64,000 nucleotides of DNA from a bacterium (GTDB lineage Bacteria > Zhuqueibacterota > Zhuqueibacteria > Residuimicrobiales > Krinioviventaceae): contig CAXXMD010000003.1 of assembly GCA_963675755.2 (NCBI GenBank), forward strand, positions 3,328,001-3,392,000. Reading direction: 5' to 3'. The notes under the pieces are model-generated. The model was not told the origin of the DNA. It made no database searches and saw only the letters and a program-made list of their open reading frames with translations. Both the position numbers and the translations under genes were made by a program. Every line of letters begins with the position of its first letter. Positions within the stretch are counted from its first letter, which is position 1. Of this stretch, positions 50,290 through 58,612 are shown piece after piece.

Positions 50290-51018
50290 ATGAAAGATAT
50301 ATCAGTAAATGTAAAACAGTTGACCCGTCAGTTTGGCAAGTTTACAGCCGTAGACCACATTGATTTTGAGGTCTATGATGGTGAGATTTTTGGTTTTTTG
50401 GGTGCCAATGGCGCGGGCAAAACCACTACAATCCGGATGTTGTGCGGATTGCTGCTGCCTTCCTCGGGCGAGGCCAGTGTAGAAGGATTTGATGTCTATA
50501 CGGAAACGGACAAGATCAAGCAGAACATTGGGTACATGTCGCAAAAGTTTTCACTGTATGAAGACCTAACCGTGCGCGAGAACATCGAGTTTTTTGGCGG
50601 AGTATACGGATTGTCTGACAGCGAACTCAAAGAAGCCAGAGAACGCACGGTCACTGAATTTGGTCTGGGTGATGTTTTTAATAAGCTCACACGGGAATTG
50701 CCATTGGGATGGAAACAGCGCCTGGCATTGGGATGTTCATTGCTGCATCAGCCCCATATCCTTTTTCTGGATGAACCTACCGGAGGCGTGGACCCCATTT
50801 CGAGAAGGAATTTTTGGGAGAAAATTTATCAGCTTGCCGAAGGCGGGACCACTATCTTTGTGACAACGCACTATATGGATGAGGTGGAATATTGTAACCG
50901 AATTTCCATCATGCATGCCGGTAAAATTGTGGCAATGGATTCTCCCGGTGAATTGAAGAAACAATACCAGAAAAAGACAATCGAAGATGTGTTTATTCAT
51001 TTGATAAGCAGAGATTGA
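50290..51018 (+). CDS. ABC transporter ATPase (YbhF C-half-like)
   Basis: GANGAGKTT, YMSQKFSLY, LPLGWKQRL, LDEPTGGVDP. Confidence 0.92.
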   Translation: MKDISVNVKQLTRQFGKFTAVDHIDFEVYDGEIFGFLGANGAGKTTTIRMLCGLLLPSSGEASVEGFDVYTETDKIKQNIGYMSQKFSLYEDLTVRENIEFFGGVYGLSDSELKEARERTVTEFGLGDVFNKLTRELPLGWKQRLALGCSLLHQPHILFLDEPTGGVDPISRRNFWEKIYQLAEGGTTIFVTTHYMDEVEYCNRISIMHAGKIVAMDSPGELKKQYQKKTIEDVFIHLISRD

Positions 51019-51020
51019 TC

Positions 51021-52130
51021 ATGAAGTCTAGAATTATACCAATTATACGTAAAGAGTTTATACATATACTGCGTGATCCGCGCAGTCTGGCAATTATTTT
51101 TATCATGCCTACTTTGATGGTCATGCTGTTTGGTTATGCAATTACCTTTGATATTAAAAATATCAATATGGCAGTATTGGACCAGGACAATAGCCGGGCA
51201 TCACGCGAGTTGATTGACCAGTTTTCTAATAGCGGGTATTTTACGATCGTAAAGTATTTGAACAATCGGGAAGAGATTGAAGAAAATATCATGTTTCGTC
51301 AATTTATTGCCGCTATAGTGATTCCCAATGATTATCAGGAATCTCTTGATACCGGTAACCCCGCTCAAATTCAGCTGCTTGTTGACGGTTCAAATGCCAA
51401 TACCGCTACCATTGTGATCAATTACATTCGGGCTGCAATGAGCGCGTTGACCCTGAATATCAATGCCAATATTATAAAGATGCCCATCAACATTGAACCA
51501 CGGTTCCTCTATAATCCGGATTTAAAAAGTTCACATTTTATTGTACCGGGTTTGCTTGCAGTACTCATGATGATGATTTGTGCCATGCTGACATCCATTA
51601 CCATTGCACGAGAAAAAGAAACGGGTACTATGGAGCAGATTATTGTGTCTCCGGTAAAGTCCCGTGAGATTATCATTGGCAAGGTTACGCCTTATATTGG
51701 CGTTGCGTTTCTTGTTTCTTCGGCTGTGCTCATTTTCTCCAAAGTGGTTTTCAATGTACCCATTCGCGGAAATATCTTGCTGCTGGCACTGTTTTCTTTG
51801 GTGTTTATTTACGCGTCTTTGAGTATTGGTGTTTTTATCTCCACCAAAGCCAAAACCCAGCAGGTAGCACTTATGCTTTCCATGGTGGGAACACTGCTGC
51901 CATCCATTTTATTGTCCGGATTCATGTTTCCGGTATTTGCCATGCCGCTGTTTTTACGGATCATGTCATATATCGTTCCCGCAAAATATTTTATCGTCAT
52001 CACCCGCGGAATTATGCTAAAGGGAATAGGTGCTGAGGTTTTGTTTCCCCAGGCGCTTTTCCTGTTTGTCATAGGGACCATTTTGCTTTTTATCAGTTCC
52101 AAAAATTTTAAAACCAATCTGGAGAGTTGA
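51021..52130 (+). CDS. ABC-2 permease (YbhS-like)
   Basis: RKEFIHILRDPR, YNPDL, AREKETGTMEQ, LSGFMFP. Confidence 0.9.
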   Translation: MKSRIIPIIRKEFIHILRDPRSLAIIFIMPTLMVMLFGYAITFDIKNINMAVLDQDNSRASRELIDQFSNSGYFTIVKYLNNREEIEENIMFRQFIAAIVIPNDYQESLDTGNPAQIQLLVDGSNANTATIVINYIRAAMSALTLNINANIIKMPINIEPRFLYNPDLKSSHFIVPGLLAVLMMMICAMLTSITIAREKETGTMEQIIVSPVKSREIIIGKVTPYIGVAFLVSSAVLIFSKVVFNVPIRGNILLLALFSLVFIYASLSIGVFISTKAKTQQVALMLSMVGTLLPSILLSGFMFPVFAMPLFLRIMSYIVPAKYFIVITRGIMLKGIGAEVLFPQALFLFVIGTILLFISSKNFKTNLES

Positions 52131-52131
52131 G

Positions 52132-53259
52132 TTGCGAAAAATCAGGTTTATCATACGTAAAGAGTTTCAGCAGATTCGTCGCGACAGAGCCATGCTGGCT
52201 ATAATATTTGTACTGCCGGTAATACAGCTGATTTTGATGGGATATGTGATTTCTTCCGAAGTGCAGAATATATCAATGGTGGTTTGTGATTTGGACAACT
52301 CGTCCGTGAGCCGCGAAATGATTAACCGGTTTACCACATCAGGATATTTTCATATCAATTATTATGAGAAAAATCAGGATAAACTGCTGGACTATTTGGA
52401 CCGCGGCAAAGTAACCGGTGCTATTGTGTTTCCACAGGATTTTCACGAAAATATTGTTAATGGACAGCCTGCATCTATTCAACTATTGCTGGATGGTCAG
52501 GATTTTAATGGTGCTACAATTACGCTCGGGTATATTAATGGCATTTTACAGCAGTTTTCAACTGAAAATCTTGAAAAGCAGATGACCAATTTAAAACTGG
52601 CAGGAATCAACCCCAAACTCATCCAGGTGGAGACACGGGTCTGGTATAATCCCAATTTGGAATACAGCGATTACATGGTACCCGGTATTGCGGTCTTTTT
52701 ACTGACCATGGTCACAGCATTGTTGAGCGCTATGGGACTGGTACGTGAGCGGGAAATTGGCACGCTTGAGCAATTGGTGGTGACCCCTATTACCAAATAT
52801 CAACTGCTGATTGGCAAGATACTGCCGTTTGCGATTTTGGGAATCCTCGAGTTTGCAATTGCCTTGGGATTTGCCAAGTTGTGGTATCACATCCCCATGA
52901 ATGGCAACCTGGCACTGTTTAGTGTGTTTGCTGTGGTATATCTCTTTACTTCACTGGGAGTAGGATTGTTTGTGTCCGCGACCGCGCAAACTCAACAGCA
53001 GGCTTTGTTTATGGCCTGGTTCTTTATGGTGTTTCTGTTTTTAATGTCAGGATTTGTATTCCCCATAGAGAATATGCCACAGATTGCTCAATATTTGACA
53101 TATATCAACCCCATGCGTTATATGATTATTGTGATTCGTGAAGTATTTATCAAAGGCGCACAATTTCATCATATCATGTGGCAGGGCGCTGCTATGGCTG
53201 CATTCAGTCTGACCCTGTTTTTGATATCGGTTAGAAAATTTCAATCGCGAGTAAAATAG
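52132..53259 (+). CDS. ABC-2 permease (YbhR-like)
   Basis: RKEFQQIRRD, WYNPNL, VREREIGTLEQL, MSGFVFPIENMP. Confidence 0.9.
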   Translation: MRKIRFIIRKEFQQIRRDRAMLAIIFVLPVIQLILMGYVISSEVQNISMVVCDLDNSSVSREMINRFTTSGYFHINYYEKNQDKLLDYLDRGKVTGAIVFPQDFHENIVNGQPASIQLLLDGQDFNGATITLGYINGILQQFSTENLEKQMTNLKLAGINPKLIQVETRVWYNPNLEYSDYMVPGIAVFLLTMVTALLSAMGLVREREIGTLEQLVVTPITKYQLLIGKILPFAILGILEFAIALGFAKLWYHIPMNGNLALFSVFAVVYLFTSLGVGLFVSATAQTQQQALFMAWFFMVFLFLMSGFVFPIENMPQIAQYLTYINPMRYMIIVIREVFIKGAQFHHIMWQGAAMAAFSLTLFLISVRKFQSRVK

Positions 53260-53268
53260 AGGAGCGTT

Positions 53269-54090
53269 ATGCCGGAATTACCCGAAGTTGAAACGATTCG
53301 CAAGGGATTGGAACCTGTTATTTATGGCAGCCGCATTCAGAGTATTGATGTGCACGATACCCGTTTGCGCTGGCCCGTGGATGTGGACGCTCTCGATTCG
53401 TTGGTACAGGGAGAAATGATTGTGGCGGTTGACCGCCGCTCCAAGTATTTGATCTGGCAGCTCTCGAATGACGCGCATGTGGTAATCCATTTGGGGATGA
53501 GCGGCAGGCTGGGCGCTTTTAAAGCGGATGAGCCGCTTGAAAAGCATACGCATCTGGTGTTTCATTTGGACGAGATTGAGGTGCGGTACCGGGATCCTCG
53601 TCGTTTCGGCATGGTAGAGGTGGTGGAACCGGGTGGACTGCAATCATATGTCCGGTTTGCTCATTTGGGACCCGAGCCATTATCCGATCAATTTAACGCA
53701 AACTATATAGCTGAAGCGCTGAAAGGCAAGAAATCCCTGATCAAAACCGCGATCATGGACGCCCGGCTGGTAGTAGGTGTGGGGAACATTTACGCCAACG
53801 AAGCGCTGTTTGGCGCGGGCATTCATCCGCAGCGACCAGCGGGGAGCTTGTCCCGAGATGAGGCAGAGCGGCTGGTGAAATCCATCAAAGACGTATTGAC
53901 CGATGCCCTGCACCGCGGCGGCACCACGCTGAACGACTATCGAAATGCACTTGGGGAAACCGGATTCTTTCAGCAGTATTTGTACGTCTATCAACGTGAT
54001 GGAGAGCCGTGTCTCAACTGCGGCAATCCCGTTGAAAAAGTCGTGCTCACGGGACGGAGCACGTTTTTTTGCCCGGGGTGCCAGGGGTAG
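53269..54090 (+). CDS. mutM: Formamidopyrimidine-DNA glycosylase
   Basis: N-terminal PELPEVET, HLGMSG, GVGNIYANE, C-terminal zinc finger CLNCG...FCPGCQ. Confidence 0.97.
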   Translation: MPELPEVETIRKGLEPVIYGSRIQSIDVHDTRLRWPVDVDALDSLVQGEMIVAVDRRSKYLIWQLSNDAHVVIHLGMSGRLGAFKADEPLEKHTHLVFHLDEIEVRYRDPRRFGMVEVVEPGGLQSYVRFAHLGPEPLSDQFNANYIAEALKGKKSLIKTAIMDARLVVGVGNIYANEALFGAGIHPQRPAGSLSRDEAERLVKSIKDVLTDALHRGGTTLNDYRNALGETGFFQQYLYVYQRDGEPCLNCGNPVEKVVLTGRSTFFCPGCQG

Positions 54091-54241
54091 AATTTTCTTG
54101 CTTTTTGAATGGGGATTCGGTTTATTATATTATCCAATGATTATTGATATGGGGATATCGGGGTGGTTAATAGTTTGTTTTAAAAAAAATATTTTTTATA
54201 AAATAAACTTTTTCAGCCATCAACAATATAATAGAGGGAAT

Positions 54242-55102
54242 ATGAAATGTTTTAATTTATTTTACATTCTGTTTGCATTCAGTACTGTTATTTACTCCCA
54301 AGATATTCCATTAACAAGTGATACCAATATTCCTGTTTCTACTAGTATTTTACTTGATGCGGTTGGTGAAACAGGAAGAACTGCTGTGAATTCAGTATTT
54401 ATGATTGTTGGGCAGAAAACAAATAAAAAGGGGACTGGTTTTCTTATCAAAACTGGACATATAATTACGAATGAACATGTAATTAGGGGTAATAATTGTG
54501 ATGAGATTATTGCTCAATCATCCTTTGGAAAAAGAATTAGATTTAAAAAATTAATTTATGATTCTAATAGGGATATTGCACTATTGGAACCTCAAAACAA
54601 AATAATTGGCGGACTTGAATTAGGTTCGAATGATAGTTTATTAACTGGAATGTCATTAGCCACATGGGGATTTCCATTGGGATACAATGGCCCAACCCCT
54701 TTATTATCAGTAGGATATTTGTCGGGATTTAAATCATATTTTGCTGATATCAATAAAACTCAAATAGTTAATCATTTAATAGTTAATGGTGCATTTAACC
54801 CTGGTAATTCAGGAGGTCCTTTATTAATTTCAAATACCAATAAAGTAATTGGTATCGTTGTAAGCAAACATGCTCCAATTAGTGATTTTCATATTTCAGC
54901 ACTTGAGGCACTATCAAATAATAAATCGGGTATAACCTTCCAATATACTACAAGTAATGGCGAGAAAGGTCTTATGGTCGAGTCACAAATAGTGGCAGAT
55001 TTACTCTTTTATTTTAGAGATTTAACTCAAGTTATGATTGGTGAAGCAATATCAATTAATGAATTGTATAGTTTTTTAAAGGAAAATAATATTAATTTTT
55101 AA
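54242..55102 (+). CDS. Secreted trypsin-like serine protease
   Basis: Signal peptide; GTGF, TNEHV, RDIALL, PGNSGGPL triad motifs; start at 54242 after AGAGGG. Confidence 0.88.
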   Translation: MKCFNLFYILFAFSTVIYSQDIPLTSDTNIPVSTSILLDAVGETGRTAVNSVFMIVGQKTNKKGTGFLIKTGHIITNEHVIRGNNCDEIIAQSSFGKRIRFKKLIYDSNRDIALLEPQNKIIGGLELGSNDSLLTGMSLATWGFPLGYNGPTPLLSVGYLSGFKSYFADINKTQIVNHLIVNGAFNPGNSGGPLLISNTNKVIGIVVSKHAPISDFHISALEALSNNKSGITFQYTTSNGEKGLMVESQIVADLLFYFRDLTQVMIGEAISINELYSFLKENNINF

Positions 55103-55181
55103 TCTGTTACTTGAAACACAATAACCATATTGCTATTATATGATGAATTTATTAATTGCTAATGCTATTGTTCTATAGAAT

Positions 55182-55232
55182 TACTTTGGCCGAAACTGAA
55201 AACATAAATTTTGTTTGTGGTAAATTAACAGA
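55182..55232 (+). repeat. Internally deleted copy of the 56917 double-hairpin element
   Basis: TACT..GGCCGAAACTGAAAACATAAA..TGTTT.TG..AAATTAA.AGA aligns to 56915-56984 without the right arm of the first hairpin. Confidence 0.65.
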
Positions 55233-55278
55233 TCCAAAAAAATAACTTAAATAAATGGATTAATCTTAAGGGAATTAA

Positions 55279-55767
55279 ATGAGCGATAATATAATCACAG
55301 GTTTTTTCACTATTGGAGGAATTTTTATTGGTTCACTTCTCACATGGTTAATTAACTATTTCAAGGATAAACGTGATCGAAAAGATCGATACTTTTTTGC
55401 ATTACTTGATAAAAGATTTGATATATATCAACAAGCATATTTACATGTAGAATATTTAAAATATGCATTGCACAAAGATCAAAAAATTAGATTAGATGCA
55501 GTAAAAAAAATGAAAATTTGGCATGATAACTACAATCTTTATTTAGAGCCAAAACTAAGAAAAGATTGCAAACAAATTATTTACAAATTTAATATATATC
55601 CTACACTTGCCCAAAAATATAAAGATTTGGAGGAAACAAAAGGCTGGGATCATGAGGATACGCAAAAAGAATTCGAAAAATTTGAGGCGGCATTTTTGGA
55701 GATTTCTGAAGGTCTGCAAAGTAAAATAATGGATGAGATTGATATTTATTTTAAATTCATCAACTAA
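55279..55767 (+). CDS. Hypothetical protein with N-terminal TM anchor
   Basis: AT-rich ORF; IITGFFTIGGIFIGSLLTWL, then a charged helical domain. Confidence 0.7.
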   Translation: MSDNIITGFFTIGGIFIGSLLTWLINYFKDKRDRKDRYFFALLDKRFDIYQQAYLHVEYLKYALHKDQKIRLDAVKKMKIWHDNYNLYLEPKLRKDCKQIIYKFNIYPTLAQKYKDLEETKGWDHEDTQKEFEKFEAAFLEISEGLQSKIMDEIDIYFKFIN

Positions 55768-55833
55768 TTTAAATATCGGTAAACAATTAATAATATTATT
55801 ATTTATTTATCAGCTTATAAAAGTCCGTAGTCC

Positions 55834-55976
55834 GTAGCCCGGTCCTCATGTCCTGGGCAGTAGAGGGAAAAATCTCATATACGCGCATCGGAGAACGCTA
55901 CACTTATCTCCGATGCGATCGTTCAGGGGTGAGTGTCAGGCTGCAATTTACCAGGCACATACGAGATGTCTGGTAA
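55834..55976 (+). repeat. Composite palindromic (REP-like) repeat, copy 1
   Basis: GTAGCCCGG..CTGGG-GTAGAGGGAAAAATCTCA, hairpin CGCATCGGAGA-N12-TCTCCGATGCG (55884-55917), ATCGTTCAGGGGTGAGTGTCAGG, TTACCAG...CTGGTAA. Confidence 0.9.
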
Positions 55977-56035
55977 CTATTTGAATCATTAGAATGATAA
56001 TAAATTATACTACTTGAGAATCAGACAGGTCCGTA

Positions 56036-56725
56036 ATGATAGAGTTCACTAATCCATTAGAAGAATTGATTTATACAGCAAAGGTGAATGATGCTTTATG
56101 GGATTTACAGAATGAAAATGAATTTTCTGATATACAAATTTATGATCAATTCCTGACAAAATTACCTGTAGATGCAGAAATTGATGAATTCCCTAAAGAA
56201 AATGGGATTATAATTTATCCAGATATAGAAACTGCAGGAATTGCTGGTTTGTTTATAGAAATTAATAAACTGGCACATTGTAAAGTGATTTTCAGTAATG
56301 AGCTAGCCTATGAAATCCGTGGATTAGATGCAATTGCGCAAAATAGTAAATCCCATAAATTGCTTTTTTGCGAAGCAAAAGGTACAATGCGTCCCTTAAA
56401 ATCTCCGATTTCTTATTTACGTAAAACAAAAAATAAGGGACGACAATTGTCTTGGGAATGGTGCTGGAACAGTTTGTGCGAGTTTGCCGAATTCCCTGTA
56501 ACTGCTAATGCGTTTTTACATGTTGTTGGCCCATTTGTGCGTAATGTTGATATTGAACGATTACTTGTTATAACTTTATGCTTCAAGCATAAAGCTGGTT
56601 ATTCAATTGACAAGAGTGTGTTATTTTATGAAGTTGATCTAGATCATTATGAGTGGTTAAAGCAGAAAGCGATTTTTTCTGATTTGGAGAAATGGAAAAG
56701 TCAACTAGATGAACTTACATTGTAG
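56036..56725 (+). CDS. Hypothetical protein with PD-(D/E)XK restriction-endonuclease-like motif
   Basis: GLDAI...LLFCEAKG...KGRQLSWEW. Confidence 0.6.
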   Translation: MIEFTNPLEELIYTAKVNDALWDLQNENEFSDIQIYDQFLTKLPVDAEIDEFPKENGIIIYPDIETAGIAGLFIEINKLAHCKVIFSNELAYEIRGLDAIAQNSKSHKLLFCEAKGTMRPLKSPISYLRKTKNKGRQLSWEWCWNSLCEFAEFPVTANAFLHVVGPFVRNVDIERLLVITLCFKHKAGYSIDKSVLFYEVDLDHYEWLKQKAIFSDLEKWKSQLDELTL

Positions 56726-56867
56726 CTTGAGCCTCTTAATCGGGCTGTAGAGGATGCCACTAACAAATTGTCTGCGCATCGGAGAACGTTACACTTATCT
56801 CCGATGCGATCGTTCAGGGGTGAATGTCAGGTTTTGTTTTGCAAGGCAGATATGAGATTTCTGGCAA
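56722..56867 (+). repeat. Composite palindromic repeat, copy 2
   Basis: GTAGC...CGGGCTGTAGAGG, hairpin CGCATCGGAGA-N12-TCTCCGATGCG (56775-56808), ATCGTTCAGGGGTGAATGTCAGG. Confidence 0.9.
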
Positions 56868-56916
56868 ATGTCAAAAAGAATAGAGATTTTCTTAATGGAG
56901 CATACTAACAAATATA

Positions 56917-56970
56917 CTCCGGCCGAAACTCCTGTTTCGGTCGGAACTGAAAACATAAACTCTGTTTATG
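56917..56970 (+). repeat. CTCC-headed double-hairpin REP-like element
   Basis: CTCCGGCCGAAAC-TCCT-GTTTCGGTCGGA, then CATAAAC-TCT-GTTTATG. Confidence 0.7.
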
Positions 56971-57123
56971 AAAAATTAAAGAGAATAGCCTGGTTGTTTA
57001 CCAATAATTGGATAAACAGAGTTTATCCATGTCATTTGTGTCCAAAACCGGACAGACTGTGTGAAAATGAATTAAATTTCAAACAAATTAAATTATATTT
57101 ATAAGCAAAATTTAAAAAAGACG

Positions 57124-57295
57124 TGGAGTGCATTACCTTTATGTAATGCGGGCCGTCGGAGACGGCCTCTACTTAACTCTATTTGCATAAGAATATTGAA
57201 CTTACATCACAATAATAAATCTGAAATATTTGAAAAGCAGGCGGGTTTAAATCGAACCTTCGGCCCGACGCATCGCATAAACGCGATGCACTCCA
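57124..57295. repeat. Inverted pair of GGAG-headed REP-like hairpins enclosing a GTAG-headed hairpin
   Basis: TGGAGT-GCATTAC-CTTTAT-GTAATGC (57124-57149, +); TGGAGT-GCATCGC-GTTTAT-GCGATGC (57270-57295, -); GTAGAGGCCGTCTCCGACGGCC (57151-57172, -). Confidence 0.8.
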
Positions 57296-57402
57296 AAAAC
57301 ATAACAATTTTTCTTGTTTTTACACAACCTGCGCAGTTTTGGACACAGAAATACAAGTACAATGTATGTAGCCCGGTAGGCATTATGTTAAAAAGAAAAC
57401 CC

Positions 57403-57550
57403 ATAGCCCGGACCTTGAGTCCAGGGCTGTAGAGGGAAAAATCTCAGACTACAAACTGTAAACGCATCGGAGAACGTTACACTTATCTCTGATGCGATCG
57501 TTTAGGGGTGAGTGTCAGGCTGCACTTTGCCAGGCACTTTTAAAGTGCAG
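57403..57550 (+). repeat. Composite palindromic repeat, copy 3
   Basis: ATAGCCCGGAC..GTCCAGGGCTGTAGAGGGAAAAATCTCA, hairpin 57463-57496, ATCGTTTAGGGGTGAGTGTCAGGCTGCAC. Confidence 0.9.
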
Positions 57551-57585
57551 TCTAATGTAATATACTTTTCTATTTCAAGTGATTG

Positions 57586-57637
57586 CGAAACACAGTTTCG
57601 AATAAAATGTCCAATCCAAGTCAAACTTGGATTGGAG
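57586..57637 (-). repeat. CTCC-headed double-hairpin REP-like element, opposite orientation
   Basis: Minus strand CTCCAATCCAAGT-TTG-ACTTGGATTGGA, then CGAAAC-TGT-GTTTCG. Confidence 0.7.
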
Positions 57638-57666
57638 TATTATTGGTATATAAGGATTATCACTAA
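57637..57666 (+). pseudogene. higB: 3' remnant of a HigB (plasmid maintenance killer-type) toxin gene
   Basis: Reads VLLVYKDYH-stop, resembling the conserved ...DYH* end of HigB; its TAA overlaps the higA ATG (TAATG). Confidence 0.6.
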
Positions 57667-57932
57667 TGAATATGCACAATCCACCGCATCCGGGAGAGTT
57701 TATTGACGAGGTTTATTTAAAGCCGAATAATCTCAGCATCCGGTATCTGGCGGCAAAGCTGAATGTATCCCCATCCATATTCAGCCGTTTGATCAAGGGG
57801 CAGAGCAATGTCAGTTCTGACATGGCCCTGCGGTTATCTAAAACACTGGGCAGGAGCGCAGAGAGTTGGCTGATCATGCAGAACCATTACAATCTCTGGA
57901 AGGCTCGTCAGCAGGTCAACCTCAAGGAGTGA
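57666..57932 (+). CDS. higA: HigA family antitoxin (Xre HTH)
   Basis: MHNPPHPGEFI, LAAKLNVS, DMALRLSKTLGRSAESWLIMQ..YNLW. Confidence 0.92.
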   Translation: MNMHNPPHPGEFIDEVYLKPNNLSIRYLAAKLNVSPSIFSRLIKGQSNVSSDMALRLSKTLGRSAESWLIMQNHYNLWKARQQVNLKE

Positions 57933-57967
57933 AAGATTTTGTATGGAAAAAGAAATAATAAAAAGTA

Positions 57968-57996
57968 TTGACATTGTGCGCACAAAATGGTAGATT
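57968..57996 (+). promoter_or_regulatory. Promoter of the BrnT/BrnA pair with palindromic operator
   Basis: TTGACA-17bp-TAGATT with extended TG; TTGTGCGCACAA palindrome (57974-57985) in the spacer. Confidence 0.75.
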
Positions 57997-57999
57997 TCT

Positions 58000-58278
58000 A
58001 TGGAATTTGACTACAGTCTTGAAAAGAATGAATTGTTGTTATATAAAAGAGGTATTAATTTTTTTGATGTAATCGAGGCAATAAACGATAAAGGAATATT
58101 ACTTGATTTTAAGCATCCCAATGTGAGTAAATATCCGAATCAAAGGATTATGGTAGTTAATATAAATGATTATACGTGGTGTGTACCCTATATTAAAAAA
58201 GGAGAAACATTTTTCTTAAAAACTGTTTTTCCGGCAAGACGTTTCAAGTATTTAATTAAGGATTTTGATAATGAGTGA
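58000..58278 (+). CDS. BrnT-family toxin
   Basis: EKNELL..KRGINF, HPN..KYPNQ, VPY..., FLKTVFPARR. Confidence 0.85.
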   Translation: MEFDYSLEKNELLLYKRGINFFDVIEAINDKGILLDFKHPNVSKYPNQRIMVVNINDYTWCVPYIKKGETFFLKTVFPARRFKYLIKDFDNE

Positions 58279-58552
58279 CAATATATATCTGGATGATGAA
58301 GAACGGGATCTTGAAGAAGCCATTAATAAAATGGATATTTCCGATCTCAAAAGACCATCTAAAAAAGTCCAGGAACAGTTTAAAGCTGCTGCAAAAAAGC
58401 ATTTGCAAAATAGTACAAAGATGAATATCAGGATTGATCCTGACGAGTTGGAAAAGATTAAAAAAGCAGCCGCACAGCAGGGATTAAAATATCAAACTTT
58501 TGTGAAAAGTGTTTTGCATAAATATATAACCGGACAATTGGTAGAAAAGTAA
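58271..58552 (+). CDS. BrnA/CopG-like ribbon-helix-helix antitoxin
   Basis: LDDEERDL..., MNIRI...LEKIKKAA.QQGLKYQTFVKSVLHKYITG; overlaps the toxin stop. Confidence 0.85.
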   Translation: MSDNIYLDDEERDLEEAINKMDISDLKRPSKKVQEQFKAAAKKHLQNSTKMNIRIDPDELEKIKKAAAQQGLKYQTFVKSVLHKYITGQLVEK

Positions 58553-58612
58553 GAGAATAGATTACAAACTTGCTTTTGTTACTCCATCAAACTTTTAGAT
58601 GACTAATAATCC

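Noticed and set aside
49371-51018. Frameshifted single YbhF-type double ATPase
   Set aside because: Each ORF has its own start, complete Walker A/B motifs and a normal end; the two-gene form is a common arrangement.
53945-54241. N-terminal extension of the protease ORF (385 aa in the track)
   Set aside because: It overlaps mutM out of frame; the RBS and signal peptide point to a start at 54242.
56868-57706. Short ORFs 56868-57104, 57196-57432, 57207-57404 and 57512-57706
   Set aside because: They run through palindromic repeats and show no RBS or recognisable motif; probably spurious, apart from the higB stump, which is in a different frame.
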